A stretch of DNA of 64,000 bases from Treponemataceae bacterium. Lineage in GTDB: Bacteria; Spirochaetota; Spirochaetia; Treponematales; Rectinemataceae. This document shows, in pieces, positions 9,040 through 18,869 of this stretch (position 1 is the first letter of the stretch; every line of letters starts with the position of its first letter). The notes beneath the pieces were generated by a model. That model searched no databases, had not been told where the DNA came from, and saw only the letters and a program-made list of their open reading frames with translations. The stretch covers positions 384,001 through 448,000 of the forward strand of contig CAXXVZ010000004.1 in NCBI GenBank assembly GCA_963678065.2. Direction: 5' to 3'. A program made the translations under genes and the position numbers.

Positions 9040-11001
9040 ATGACAGCTCGGGAAAAAACAAAGGGAAAACACTCACTGCTCCAGGTGTTTTTCCTCGCGA
9101 GCGCGGTTCTGATCCTTGTCCTCACCGGCATCGTCTTCTTCGTCGGGAACAACATCGTCACGATAAAGGATCTCTCCGTCAGCGCCTCGGAGCTTCTCGT
9201 AAAATGGAATGCGCTCAATGTGGCGACCCAGGACATTCTTCTCGGACGCTCGGACCCCCCGATTCCGGAGACGGAGGGACTCGAGACTTTCCGGAAGGAC
9301 TGGATTTCGAAGGCTCAGAGCTTCGACGCGCTGTTCGGGAATCTCCGGGAGGGAAAGAAACTCGCGTTCCTGAAAAAAGAATGGCGGGACAAGATGGACT
9401 CGGCGCTGGCGCTGTGGACCATCACCTATGAAAAACTGATCGCGGCGGACAAGGATCTCGGCGCAATCATCGCGTCGGGCCTCGGAGCCAAGGTCTTTCC
9501 GGGTCTCATCTACAACTATTACAGCAAACGCGGCCAGCGGGATCTGAGCTTCGACGAAATCGTCCTTCTCATGAATTTCACCAACAAAATCACGATCCTC
9601 ACCATCTCGGGCAACGAGTTCAACAGCACCGTAAATGAGATCGCCGACGCCATCCACTCCGAGTCGAACGCGGAAATCCGGAGGATCATCGCGTTCTCGC
9701 TCTGTCTCCTCATCCTTTTCCTGGTCACCATCGCCGTCATCCTCCGAATTCAAGAGGAGTACGCGGCCCTCCGCGCTGAAAAGGGAATTCTGGAGGAGGA
9801 TGCGCGGAACCGGGCTGTGCGGGAATGGATACTGGGTACGGGGGATGCCGATGGGCAGGTCCCCGCGGCGGGCGCATTGGGGAACAGCCGCGCGGGCATC
9901 GATCCCGAAGCCGGATTGGCCCTCATCCTTCTCAGGGTAAACCGCTTCTCCGAATTCTGCGCCAATCACAGCAAAAAGGACCGGGACAGGATTCTGTCTT
10001 CCGCCCTCAGACTGGCCGGGAACGTCGCGGACAGACGCTCCATAGCCTGCGTGGGAGTCGATTTCGAACAGCATCTGGCTCTTGTCCTGAATCCGCCCGG
10101 CGCTCCGGGCGACGAGGCGACGCGCGAGGTTCTGAAATCATTCGCGCTCGAAATCGCAGAATCGCTCGCCCGCAATCTCGATATACGGCTCTCCGCGACA
10201 GCCTGCCTTGTGCGCGGCGATGTCCGGTCCCTGGGCGATGCCTATGTCAGGGCGATCCAGGCTTCGAATTACCGCTTTACCTTGGGCTCGGAGCTGCTTA
10301 TCTGGGCCGACGCGGTCGGGTCGAACGATCCGGAAAGCTACGAGTATCCCCTGGAAAGGGAAAAGGCGCTCTGCAACGCCATAAAATCGGGAAAGAGCGA
10401 GGAAGCCCGGGCCGAATACCAGGCGATAACCAGGAACGCGGCGCGCTTTTCGTACAATGTCGCGCAATCCACGGTGCTCCGCATCGCCCTCGCCGTCAGC
10501 TCGACGATCGAGCTGATCGAAAAAAGCCACAACACGAAGATTCTCGCCGACATCGTCTCGCTGGTCGCGTCGATCAATGGCCTCGAAACCCTCGATGAAG
10601 TGGATATGGCCTTCTACGACGTGTTCAGGACCGTGACCCGGTATCTGGACGAAACGAGAAAGGACCGGCACACGCTCATCATCGGCGGCGTGAACAAAAT
10701 CATAGAAGCGAACTACAGGAACCCGAACCTGTCCATCGATCTCATCGCCGACGAACTCAGACTCTCAGCCAGCTACATCGGAAGGGTATACAGGAAGCTG
10801 ACGTCGAAATCCGTGGCCGAGGCGATCAACGAAAAACGGCTCACTATCGCCACGGCACTCCTCGTCGAGAAGGATTGCACGATCAGCGAGATCACCACCA
10901 GCATCGGAATCACGAACAGCGCCTATTTTTACACGCTTTTCAAGAGAACCTACGGCCTCACGCCGAATGAATACCGCAGGAATATACTTCCTGCGAACTG
11001 A
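9040..11001 (+). CDS. Membrane-anchored AraC-family transcriptional regulator
   Basis: Two hydrophobic segments flank a ~175-aa extracytoplasmic region; C-terminal AraC HTH (LSIDLIADELRLSASYIGRVYRK...YFYTLFKRTYGLTPNEYR). Start codon uncertain. Confidence 0.85.
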   Translation: MTAREKTKGKHSLLQVFFLASAVLILVLTGIVFFVGNNIVTIKDLSVSASELLVKWNALNVATQDILLGRSDPPIPETEGLETFRKDWISKAQSFDALFGNLREGKKLAFLKKEWRDKMDSALALWTITYEKLIAADKDLGAIIASGLGAKVFPGLIYNYYSKRGQRDLSFDEIVLLMNFTNKITILTISGNEFNSTVNEIADAIHSESNAEIRRIIAFSLCLLILFLVTIAVILRIQEEYAALRAEKGILEEDARNRAVREWILGTGDADGQVPAAGALGNSRAGIDPEAGLALILLRVNRFSEFCANHSKKDRDRILSSALRLAGNVADRRSIACVGVDFEQHLALVLNPPGAPGDEATREVLKSFALEIAESLARNLDIRLSATACLVRGDVRSLGDAYVRAIQASNYRFTLGSELLIWADAVGSNDPESYEYPLEREKALCNAIKSGKSEEARAEYQAITRNAARFSYNVAQSTVLRIALAVSSTIELIEKSHNTKILADIVSLVASINGLETLDEVDMAFYDVFRTVTRYLDETRKDRHTLIIGGVNKIIEANYRNPNLSIDLIADELRLSASYIGRVYRKLTSKSVAEAINEKRLTIATALLVEKDCTISEITTSIGITNSAYFYTLFKRTYGLTPNEYRRNILPAN

Positions 11002-11108
11002 AGGCCTTTGTGCGGCCGATCCGCCGATTGCCGGCGGTTGCATCGCCGACTCGCCGGATTGCCGGCCCGGTTTATCTCCGATTGCCGGCTCATTTTCCGG
11101 TTTCCCGT

Positions 11109-12113
11109 TCACTTCCGGGCAAGGACAACGCCCCACAGATCGTCCATGGTGTCTATGTTCGCGGCAGTCACGACCCGGCCGGGAACAAGAAAAACCTTCT
11201 GGCTCATGGACCTTCCGGTCCCGATGGAGAGAATGCTCTGCACGAGCATGGTCGTCATCGGCCATATGTCGAAGGCCGTATCGACATCGATGTAGCCTGC
11301 GCGGATGAGGGGTTCTCCATTCGGAAACACATCCTGGCTTCCGATAAAAAAATGCTCGGGGTCGGGATAGGGAGCCCACCTGCCGATCTTCCGGAGGCTG
11401 GCCTCGACGCCGTCCATCAACCAGTCGGAGGCGCAAAAAATGGCCGTCGCCTCCGGATGCCCGGCGAGCGCCGCGTCGAGTCCTGCCTCGACCTTTTCCG
11501 GAATCCAGTCCGAGTGAACCTCCGCGATTATCTCGGCTCCCATCTCCGCGGCCGCCCGCTTCAGGCCCTCGCTGCGGTTGAGCGCGTTCCTGTCGCCGAG
11601 GGAGCCCGTGATGTTGATGATCCTAGGACGAATTCCTTGTTCCTTCATCCGCTTGATGAGGGCGACCCCCGTCGTATAGGCCTGATCGATGGTGTCGAGA
11701 CCGATATAGGCATCAGGGACGAGAACCGGATCGGGGTCGGTGGCCCGATTGTACACTATGACCTTTATCCCCGCCGCGTGCGCTTCGCCGATGAGGGGAA
11801 GGACGGCTTTCGAGTCCTGCGGCATTATCACGATGATGTCGGGTTTTTTCGCTATGGCCGCCCTGATGTTCTGCAGCTGTTTCGGCGTCGAGGCGTACGC
11901 GTAGGAGAAGGAGACCAGAATATCCTTCCGGGGCGACTGAATGGCCTTGAGGAGAAAGGCCTCCATCGCGTGGTAGATATCGATGTCCTCGGCGCCGAAG
12001 GAAAATTCGACCCGGATCTGTCTGGGTTTCGCGGGCCCCTTCGCGGTGCATCCCGACAAGACCGCCATCGCGAACACAAGAAATACAGCACTCCTGACCA
12101 CGATCCGCACCAT
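11109..12113 (-). CDS. Sugar-binding lipoprotein (RbsB-type), paralog of 7832-8839
   Basis: Lipobox LSGC; shares ASD, QDV, GYIDV and FLVxGRV motifs with the ABC binding protein. Confidence 0.85.
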   Translation of the reverse strand: MVRIVVRSAVFLVFAMAVLSGCTAKGPAKPRQIRVEFSFGAEDIDIYHAMEAFLLKAIQSPRKDILVSFSYAYASTPKQLQNIRAAIAKKPDIIVIMPQDSKAVLPLIGEAHAAGIKVIVYNRATDPDPVLVPDAYIGLDTIDQAYTTGVALIKRMKEQGIRPRIINITGSLGDRNALNRSEGLKRAAAEMGAEIIAEVHSDWIPEKVEAGLDAALAGHPEATAIFCASDWLMDGVEASLRKIGRWAPYPDPEHFFIGSQDVFPNGEPLIRAGYIDVDTAFDIWPMTTMLVQSILSIGTGRSMSQKVFLVPGRVVTAANIDTMDDLWGVVLARK

Positions 12114-12138
12114 TCACTCCCCCGTACCGGAAGACGCA

Positions 12139-12951
12139 TTATAGCACGCGCTGCGGCTCCGGCATGGACAATGTCGCCGGCATTTCGTACTTCGTGTTCA
12201 CCCTGTCCGGGCCGGTGGCGAGGTCGGGACGGCCTGTCTGCAGGTAGAGCCTGACATCCGAGAGGCTTCCCATCACGCCGTGAACGCGGGCCAGGGTCGC
12301 GGCGTCGGGCTGCACGAGGTCGGGCACCATGACGGGGATCGCTCCCGCCGCGTGGGCGGCCGCGATGCCGATCCGCGAATCCTCGAGCACGAGGCAGCGT
12401 CCGGGAGAGGTTCCGAGCCGGGCCGCGGCGCTCAGGTAAATCTCGGGGGCGGGTTTGCAGCGAAGGACCTCGTCGCCGCAGACGACGACCTGGAAAAAAC
12501 CGGCGACACCGGATCGGGCAAGCAGTGGCTCGACCCTCGCCCTGTTCGTCGAGGTGGCGACCGCCATCGGAATGCCCGCCGCTCGGAGGAAGGCGAGGAG
12601 CTCGCGCAATCCCTCCTTAACCGGCACGCCGTATTCGTCCAGATGAAGGGCTGCGATCTCGAGCCTGAGCCGGCGCAGTTCGTCGTAGGGGAAGGATTCT
12701 CCGTACAGTTTTGCGAGGATGGGCTTCATGCTGCCGGCAGCTGTCCCGACCATGGCCAGAAACACCTCCCTTCCGACGGCATAACCGAGCTGCTCTGCGG
12801 CCGCGACCCAGGAATCGACGGCCACGCGCTCGGTGTCGAACATGAGGCCGTCCATATCGAAAATGGCCGCCTCGATCTGCGCGTCCCCGACACGAAGGGA
12901 ACCAGAGCGCGATCGGGGACCACAGTCACCGGCACAGGTATCGTCTTTCAT
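12139..12951 (-). CDS. HAD-family phosphatase (beta-PGM/YniC-like)
   Basis: FDMDGLMFDTE, ATST, KPAP, LEDS. Start uncertain. Confidence 0.85.
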   Translation of the reverse strand: MKDDTCAGDCGPRSRSGSLRVGDAQIEAAIFDMDGLMFDTERVAVDSWVAAAEQLGYAVGREVFLAMVGTAAGSMKPILAKLYGESFPYDELRRLRLEIAALHLDEYGVPVKEGLRELLAFLRAAGIPMAVATSTNRARVEPLLARSGVAGFFQVVVCGDEVLRCKPAPEIYLSAAARLGTSPGRCLVLEDSRIGIAAAHAAGAIPVMVPDLVQPDAATLARVHGVMGSLSDVRLYLQTGRPDLATGPDRVNTKYEMPATLSMPEPQRVL

Positions 12952-13078
12952 AGAGCCTACGTTTTTACACAAGAGACAGCGTCACGACAAGCTGTCCTTC
13001 GGTTAGATTTCCGGATGAGGCAATACGGCTGTCCGGTCCCGCCCTTGCCGGCACAGATGTGGCCTTTCGTCGCGACCG

Positions 13079-13741
13079 TCAGTCCAGCGCGGCGGGCTCC
13101 GGCGCGTGCGCAAGGTCGGGCGCGCACCAGAGCGCCCCGGCATCGCGCAGAACCGCCTCGGAGAAACTCGTCGTGATGCCGAGGCAGCGCGCGCCCGCGG
13201 CCACTCCCGCCTTCAGGCCGTTCACGGCATCCTCGACAACGAGGCATTCTTCGGGCCTGACGCCTATCCTGCGCGCGGCCTCGATGTAGATGTCGGGGAA
13301 TGGTTTCTTCCGGACCACATCCCCTCCCGTCACGACGGCGTCGAAGGCCGACTCGTCGATGCCGAGAAACTCGAGGTTGATGAGGACCTTGACCCTGTCG
13401 GCGGCGGAGGCGAGCGCGATGCGCAGACCGGAGGACCTGCAGGCGCGCAGGTATTCCACCGCTCCAGGAAGGACTTTCATGCCGCGCTGCCCCGTGCCCG
13501 CGCACTCGCCGTAGATCGCGTAGGTCGCGGCCTTCGCCTCGTCGATATCGATGACGATCCCGTACTTCTCCGCGACGCCGCCTATGTAGCGGCTCTCTCC
13601 CGCGCCGACGAAGGGCAGGAAATCGTCGTGGCGCACGGCGAGTCCGTATTTGCGGGCGAACATCTGGAGGGCGGCCTCTGCGATGAGTGCTTCGGAATCG
13701 ACGAGCACTCCGTCCATGTCGAACAAAACAGCGGAAATCAT
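13079..13741 (-). CDS. HAD-family phosphatase
   Basis: FDMDGVLVDSE, ASAA, KKPFPD, VEDA; GGAG RBS before MISAV. Confidence 0.88.
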   Translation of the reverse strand: MISAVLFDMDGVLVDSEALIAEAALQMFARKYGLAVRHDDFLPFVGAGESRYIGGVAEKYGIVIDIDEAKAATYAIYGECAGTGQRGMKVLPGAVEYLRACRSSGLRIALASAADRVKVLINLEFLGIDESAFDAVVTGGDVVRKKPFPDIYIEAARRIGVRPEECLVVEDAVNGLKAGVAAGARCLGITTSFSEAVLRDAGALWCAPDLAHAPEPAALD

Positions 13742-13781
13742 CGGAACTCCTTGGGGCTGCGGTGTGGCGGTGCGGATCAAA

Positions 13782-14597
13782 TCAGATGTAGCGTTTGAGG
13801 GGCGAACCCGTGACGAATGCGTAGAGCTCGATGTACTGCTTGATCGTGCTGCGGCCCAGCTTGGCGATCAGCACTTCCTCGATCTGGAAGAATCCGACCT
13901 CGGAGGACATCTCCACCATGATGGATATGGGTTTTTCTCCGCCGGCCTGGATGTGGACATCCTCGATGGAACTCGCGGAATACTTGTGTATGTCGCCTAC
14001 GCGGGGCTCGTTCCCGAGCGAGAGAGGGATTCGCGCCCTGCCCTTCTGTATGTCGCAGCCGTCGGCGACAAGGATGACACCCGCCTCGAGCGAGTGTATG
14101 GCGCGCGTGCCCATGTGGCCCGATATTCCTTCGATCGCGAGGGAGCGGAGAATGAAGCGCCGGCTCGCGTCGTCATGGAAGACGGCGGCGAGAACGCGGT
14201 CGATCACGGGAAGGCCGAGGTAGACAGAGTGGAGCTCGTGGTCCTGGCGCCCGATCGTCATGCCGAGATCGTGAAGGAATGAGGCGAGGATGACGGCGAC
14301 GAGACTGTCGGAAAAGCTGCCGATCTCCTCCTCCTCGAGGCTCGTCTTCACGCCGGCTTTTTTCAAGAGGTTCATCATGAGGATGGCGTTGAGCACCACC
14401 GTGCGCATGTGGACGGGGCCGTGGTCGTTGAAACCGAGGCGTTTGATCGAGACGGTGTTGGCGTAGTCCTGCATGATCTGGACTTCGGGATCGTCCATGA
14501 GGAGCTGCGCGGTCTTGAAGGCCGGATTGTCGCGGCCATACTCGGAAAGGAGCGAGAGGATCTTCCTCTCCAGCACCATTTCCTTGGGGGATTTCAT
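13782..14597 (-). CDS. HD-domain metal-dependent phosphohydrolase
   Basis: DHGPVH, LHDLG, GHMG, VADGCD. Confidence 0.85.
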   Translation of the reverse strand: MKSPKEMVLERKILSLLSEYGRDNPAFKTAQLLMDDPEVQIMQDYANTVSIKRLGFNDHGPVHMRTVVLNAILMMNLLKKAGVKTSLEEEEIGSFSDSLVAVILASFLHDLGMTIGRQDHELHSVYLGLPVIDRVLAAVFHDDASRRFILRSLAIEGISGHMGTRAIHSLEAGVILVADGCDIQKGRARIPLSLGNEPRVGDIHKYSASSIEDVHIQAGGEKPISIMVEMSSEVGFFQIEEVLIAKLGRSTIKQYIELYAFVTGSPLKRYI

Positions 14598-14664
14598 TAA
14601 AAAAACATCTCCATAACAGTGGAATTCCGCTGCGCGGCGCCTCGACGAAGCGCGCGCTGCAGTG

Positions 14665-14688
14665 GCGGGGATCGCGAACGATCCCCGC
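14665..14688. terminator. Stem-loop downstream of the DeoR operon (possible terminator or stabiliser)
   Basis: GCGGGGATCG-CGAA-CGATCCCCGC, perfect 10-bp stem. No clear U-tract on the minus strand. Confidence 0.5.
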
Positions 14689-14698
14689 TTTCAAGATA

Positions 14699-15961
14699 TC
14701 AAATATCCGGCGCGTTGGCGAGGAGGTAGTCCTCGGCCTCTTTGCACCAGAGCATGTCGTGGGCGGCGACGATGCGCGCGAGCTCGGCGTAGAAGGAACT
14801 GCGCGTGCCGAGGGAAGCGAAATCGGCGAGGGCGACGAGCTCGAGCCTCTTGTGCGTGTAGATGAGCTTCTTGCCTCCGGGAATCTTGTCGAGGTTGATG
14901 GTCGTCGACGCGGCGGAGTTGAGTCCGCCCACGTGGGTGATCATGGAGACCGGATTGAGGGTTCCCGCGGCCATCATCTCCAGGGACTCTATCATGTCGT
15001 CGGTGTTGCCGCCCGAGGTTCCGACGAGGTGGTGGGACTCGTAGTGGACGTTGTAGAAGTTGAAAGCGGCCGAGAACCCCGTGTCGGTGGGGCCGGCGAA
15101 GAAGTTGAGGCAGCCATCCGTCCCGAGAAGCTTGTCGGCCATCTCGATGAGGGGCTTCACGGGGGCGAAGACGAAGACATCGTCGAAGAGCTTGCCGCCG
15201 TTCTGTTTCTGCAGGTAGGCCACGGGGTCGGCGATTTCCTTCGTGTTCACGTAGACCAGTTCGACGCCGTTCTTCGCGGCCTCGGCCACGGTGATGATGC
15301 GCGCGGCGCGCTCCAGGCGTGCAGGATCGATGTCGGTCACGACGACGCGTTTCGCGCGGCGCGGCGCGTGGATGGCGTAGTCGATGGCGCCGAGTCCCAT
15401 GGGACCGACGCTCGCGAGCAGCGCGAGTGATCCGCCCTCCTTGATGCCCATCTCGTGAACGTAGGAGCCACCTTTGGTGTGGTACTGGGCGTGGTAGGCG
15501 CCGACGATGCAGGAAACCGGCTCGGAGAGGGAGCCCATGAAGAAGTTGTCAGCCTTGTACTCGAGGAGGCAGCCGCACTCCATGACCTCGTTCGGGATGA
15601 TGGCGTAGGTCGAGTCGCCGCCCGTGTACTCGTAGGAGTAGCCCGGCGCCCAGAGCGTGCCCTGGTAATTGAGCGCCGGCTGTATGGCGAACGTGGCCCC
15701 GGGCCTGAACTGTCCGGCCCACTTGGATCCGACTTCCTCGATGACGCCGCAGAACTCGTGGCCGATGATGACCGGGTTCTTCGCGAGTTCGTGGCGCACG
15801 CGCTTGTGCTTTTCGCCCTGCATCGCGAGCTTGTGGCTCGACATGCAGATGGAGTCGGAGACGATCCGGACGAGAATTTCGTCGTCCTTGATCGCCGGAA
15901 GCTCGAATTCCTCGAGCCTGAGGTCGTTCACGCCGTGGATGCGTACGGCTTTTGTCTTCAT
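14699..15961 (-). CDS. L-sorbose 1-phosphate reductase (SorE)-like MDR dehydrogenase
   Basis: SDSICMSS, IGHEF, EPVSC, GPMGLGAIDY, LNFFAGP, GTSGG, IPGGKKLIY. Confidence 0.82.
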   Translation of the reverse strand: MKTKAVRIHGVNDLRLEEFELPAIKDDEILVRIVSDSICMSSHKLAMQGEKHKRVRHELAKNPVIIGHEFCGVIEEVGSKWAGQFRPGATFAIQPALNYQGTLWAPGYSYEYTGGDSTYAIIPNEVMECGCLLEYKADNFFMGSLSEPVSCIVGAYHAQYHTKGGSYVHEMGIKEGGSLALLASVGPMGLGAIDYAIHAPRRAKRVVVTDIDPARLERAARIITVAEAAKNGVELVYVNTKEIADPVAYLQKQNGGKLFDDVFVFAPVKPLIEMADKLLGTDGCLNFFAGPTDTGFSAAFNFYNVHYESHHLVGTSGGNTDDMIESLEMMAAGTLNPVSMITHVGGLNSAASTTINLDKIPGGKKLIYTHKRLELVALADFASLGTRSSFYAELARIVAAHDMLWCKEAEDYLLANAPDI

Positions 15962-16039
15962 GTGCGTTCTCCTTCAGCCGGCACGATGCCGGCTTTGACC
16001 ATTCGGCCCCCTCCGGGTTTCAGTCCGGGGCCGGTCCGT

Positions 16040-17590
16040 TCAGATGCCGGAAACCCGTCCGCCCCTTCGTGCAACGAGGCCGAGCATAGCTTCCATGTAG
16101 TCCGCGAATCCGTCCAGGCCCTCCATGGGCCGGACTGACTTGTATTCTATATCGAAGTCGGATCCGAAATCCTCGAGGGGGCGTCCGGACAATGCGCTGG
16201 CTGCCGTCATCGCCGCTCCGAAGGATGTCGCCTCGGCGAGGTCGGTGATCCAGGTCGCGTTGCCGGGCAGGGCGGCCGCGAGAATGCCGCAGTAGTCGGG
16301 ATTCTTGCGGAAGCCGCCCTCGGTGAACACGTCGCTGCCGGCTTCGAGTCCCGTGCGGCCGAGAGCGACGAGGGTCTGGACAGCGAGAGAGAGGTTGAGC
16401 ACCGCCCCCGCGGTCTCAGGATCGGAAAAAAAGGCAGGAACCTTCTCCCCGCTCTCCATCGTCGCGAGGGGGAAGTCCGTCCCGCCCTCCACGGCCATGG
16501 CGCTCGAGCCCGGAAATTGTCCCGAGCCAGGGACGATCTCCGGAAGGATGAAGAGCCGTTTCTCCCGGACGATCCTCGCGTAGACGGAGGGATCGGAGCA
16601 TGCGGGCACCGGAGAGGACGTTTTCGCGATGAGATCGGTGTAGGTCCCGTACTCGAATCCGCCGAGGAATATGGCGGTCTTGACGGGCTTCAGGAAGGCC
16701 GATCGGTTGAAGAATACGACCTTGCCCAATTCGTCCGCCTTGAATCCGTACTCGGGGCAGGGGTGCATGAGGACGCACCATGTTCCCGTCGAGTTGAGGA
16801 CGAAATCGCGTCCGCCGCGCGCGACGATGTGCGGGACGAGGGAGGCGTTGGAATCGTGGATGCCCATGGTCACGATAGTGGAAGCGTCGAGGCCGAGACG
16901 GGCGGCCAGCTCGGGTTTGAGCCTTCCGAGGATGTCCTGCGATTTCCTCAAGGGGGAAGGCATCTTGTCCGCGAGACCGAGGACCCGCGCGACGGAGGAG
17001 TACTCTTCTTTTTGCCAGTCCCAGAGGTAGGTGTGACAGCCGACGTAGGTGCCCTCGGCTCCGGCCGCGCCTGAGAGCCTGTATCCCCAGTACTGGGGAT
17101 AGGAGAGCACGAGCTCCGTCCGGGCGAATTGTTCCGGGAAGCGCTCCTTCGCGAATAAAAGCCCCTTCGCGGGATTGATGAGGGCGGAGAGGACAGGCGT
17201 GCCGGTTACCGCCTGGAGCGCCTCGGGCTTTCCGGTCAGGTCGTAGAAACGCTTCTGGAACTCCGGTCCGGGCTCGTAGGTGTAATAGACGCAGGGCAGG
17301 CAGGGCTTCCCGTCCGCGCCGAGGCAGACCATGGTGGCGCCGTGCGTCGAAACCGCGATGGCGCGGATCGGATAGCGCTCTGCGAAATCGGCGAGCATTT
17401 CGAGGAACCAGTCCTCCATGCCCGCGAGATCGTGGGTTTCGATATCCCCCAGCATGACCGGCTCGAAGGTCCTCGACACGGAGGCGAGACAGTGCGGCTT
17501 GACGCCTTGTCCGGCTGAGTCCGGCCATTCGTAGATGGCGACCTTCTTGTTGGTCATGCCTATGTCGATGACGGCGATGATGTGGCTCAT
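16040..17590 (-). CDS. FGGY-family carbohydrate kinase
   Basis: IDIGMTNKK, VSTHGAT, GIHDSNAS, NSTGTW, EGGF, ATSFGAA. Confidence 0.85.
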   Translation of the reverse strand: MSHIIAVIDIGMTNKKVAIYEWPDSAGQGVKPHCLASVSRTFEPVMLGDIETHDLAGMEDWFLEMLADFAERYPIRAIAVSTHGATMVCLGADGKPCLPCVYYTYEPGPEFQKRFYDLTGKPEALQAVTGTPVLSALINPAKGLLFAKERFPEQFARTELVLSYPQYWGYRLSGAAGAEGTYVGCHTYLWDWQKEEYSSVARVLGLADKMPSPLRKSQDILGRLKPELAARLGLDASTIVTMGIHDSNASLVPHIVARGGRDFVLNSTGTWCVLMHPCPEYGFKADELGKVVFFNRSAFLKPVKTAIFLGGFEYGTYTDLIAKTSSPVPACSDPSVYARIVREKRLFILPEIVPGSGQFPGSSAMAVEGGTDFPLATMESGEKVPAFFSDPETAGAVLNLSLAVQTLVALGRTGLEAGSDVFTEGGFRKNPDYCGILAAALPGNATWITDLAEATSFGAAMTAASALSGRPLEDFGSDFDIEYKSVRPMEGLDGFADYMEAMLGLVARRGGRVSGI

Positions 17591-17606
17591 GTATCGGATA
17601 CTCCTG

Positions 17607-18869
17607 TCAGTTCAGCATGACCTGTCCGCCGGTGACCGGCAAGGCCTGTCCGGTTTCATATTCCTGATCTACAAGGTAATAAATCGCGCGCATGACGTCA
17701 GGTCCCGTGCAGCCTCTTCCCATGGGAACTTTGGCCTCGTAGAAGGCCTTGACGTCGGCGATGGTTTTCGCGCCGGGGACCTTGCCCGCCTCGAGGTACT
17801 GGACGAAGAGTCCTCGGACGGGATCGGACCAGAGGGGGCCGTCGAAGAAGTTGCCGGGGCAGATCGCGTTCACTTTGATTCCGAATTCGACGAGTTCGAG
17901 GGCGAAGCTCTGCACGAGCCCGATCGAGCCGAACTTGGAGCCGGCGTAGGAGGCGTTCTTGTTGGATCCCTGCAGTCCCGATTTGGAATTGATCTGGATG
18001 ATATCGGTCGGCCTCTTGCCGGAGGTCCTGCTCTGGGCGCGCATGGTGAGCCCCGCGTGCTTCGTGACGAGCATGAACGCGGTGTAGTTGACGTCCGTGA
18101 CGAACTTGAAGGCGCCGAGTTCCTGCTCGAGAACGGAGGATGCCTTGAGGACGCCGGCGTTGCTGACGACGAGGTCTATCCCTCCCGCCTCGACCGCGAT
18201 GGTCCCGAACATGGCCTTCACCGAGGCTTCGTCCGCCACGTTCACGGCGATGGCCGCGGCGACTTCCCTGCCCTGTTCCGCATTGAGGGTTCCGGCGAGG
18301 CGACGTGCACCCTCGAAGTTCATGTCTGCGATGAAAACGTAGGCTCCGGAGGACGCGAGGCCCCGCACGATCTCCTCGCCGAAGCCCTGGGCGCCGCCCG
18401 TCACACAGGCGATCCTGCCCTCGACGACGCGGGAGCGGCCAGAGGCAGAAGCCGCATTGCCCGACCGGAGCCTTGAGTCGGCACAGGAGTCCCAGAAAGC
18501 CACATCGCCTCTCGTGGCGCGCGCGCGGGCGGCTTCCATGGAAAGCCCTGCGTAGAAGGAGATGCTCCCCTCCTCAGTCCCGAGGCTCAAGCCTCCGGGA
18601 AGATGTTCAGGTCCCGCGCCCATCTTCGCGAAAGCGGAGACGAGTTCGGAGGCGGCTTCCTTCCCGGAAAGATTTGTCAGCGAGATGAGGGCCGGACCCT
18701 CCGCGATCGGGTCGTCCGCGATCGGACCCTCCGCGACCTGGCCCTGCCCGTCCCGCCCCCGAGCGGCCGGAGCCTCGCCAGGGACTACGAAGACGGGCAT
18801 CCCTGCGGCCCCGAGATAGAGGCCGCGCACGAGGGGCGCATATGTGGCGAGAGTCTGTGTATCAGTCAT
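17607..18869 (-). CDS. SDR oxidoreductase, sorbitol-6-phosphate dehydrogenase (SrlD)-like, with ~145-aa N-terminal extension
   Basis: TGGAQGFG, NAG, NSKSG, YAGSK, GNFFDGPLW, VTGGQVM. Confidence 0.85.
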   Translation of the reverse strand: MTDTQTLATYAPLVRGLYLGAAGMPVFVVPGEAPAARGRDGQGQVAEGPIADDPIAEGPALISLTNLSGKEAASELVSAFAKMGAGPEHLPGGLSLGTEEGSISFYAGLSMEAARARATRGDVAFWDSCADSRLRSGNAASASGRSRVVEGRIACVTGGAQGFGEEIVRGLASSGAYVFIADMNFEGARRLAGTLNAEQGREVAAAIAVNVADEASVKAMFGTIAVEAGGIDLVVSNAGVLKASSVLEQELGAFKFVTDVNYTAFMLVTKHAGLTMRAQSRTSGKRPTDIIQINSKSGLQGSNKNASYAGSKFGSIGLVQSFALELVEFGIKVNAICPGNFFDGPLWSDPVRGLFVQYLEAGKVPGAKTIADVKAFYEAKVPMGRGCTGPDVMRAIYYLVDQEYETGQALPVTGGQVMLN

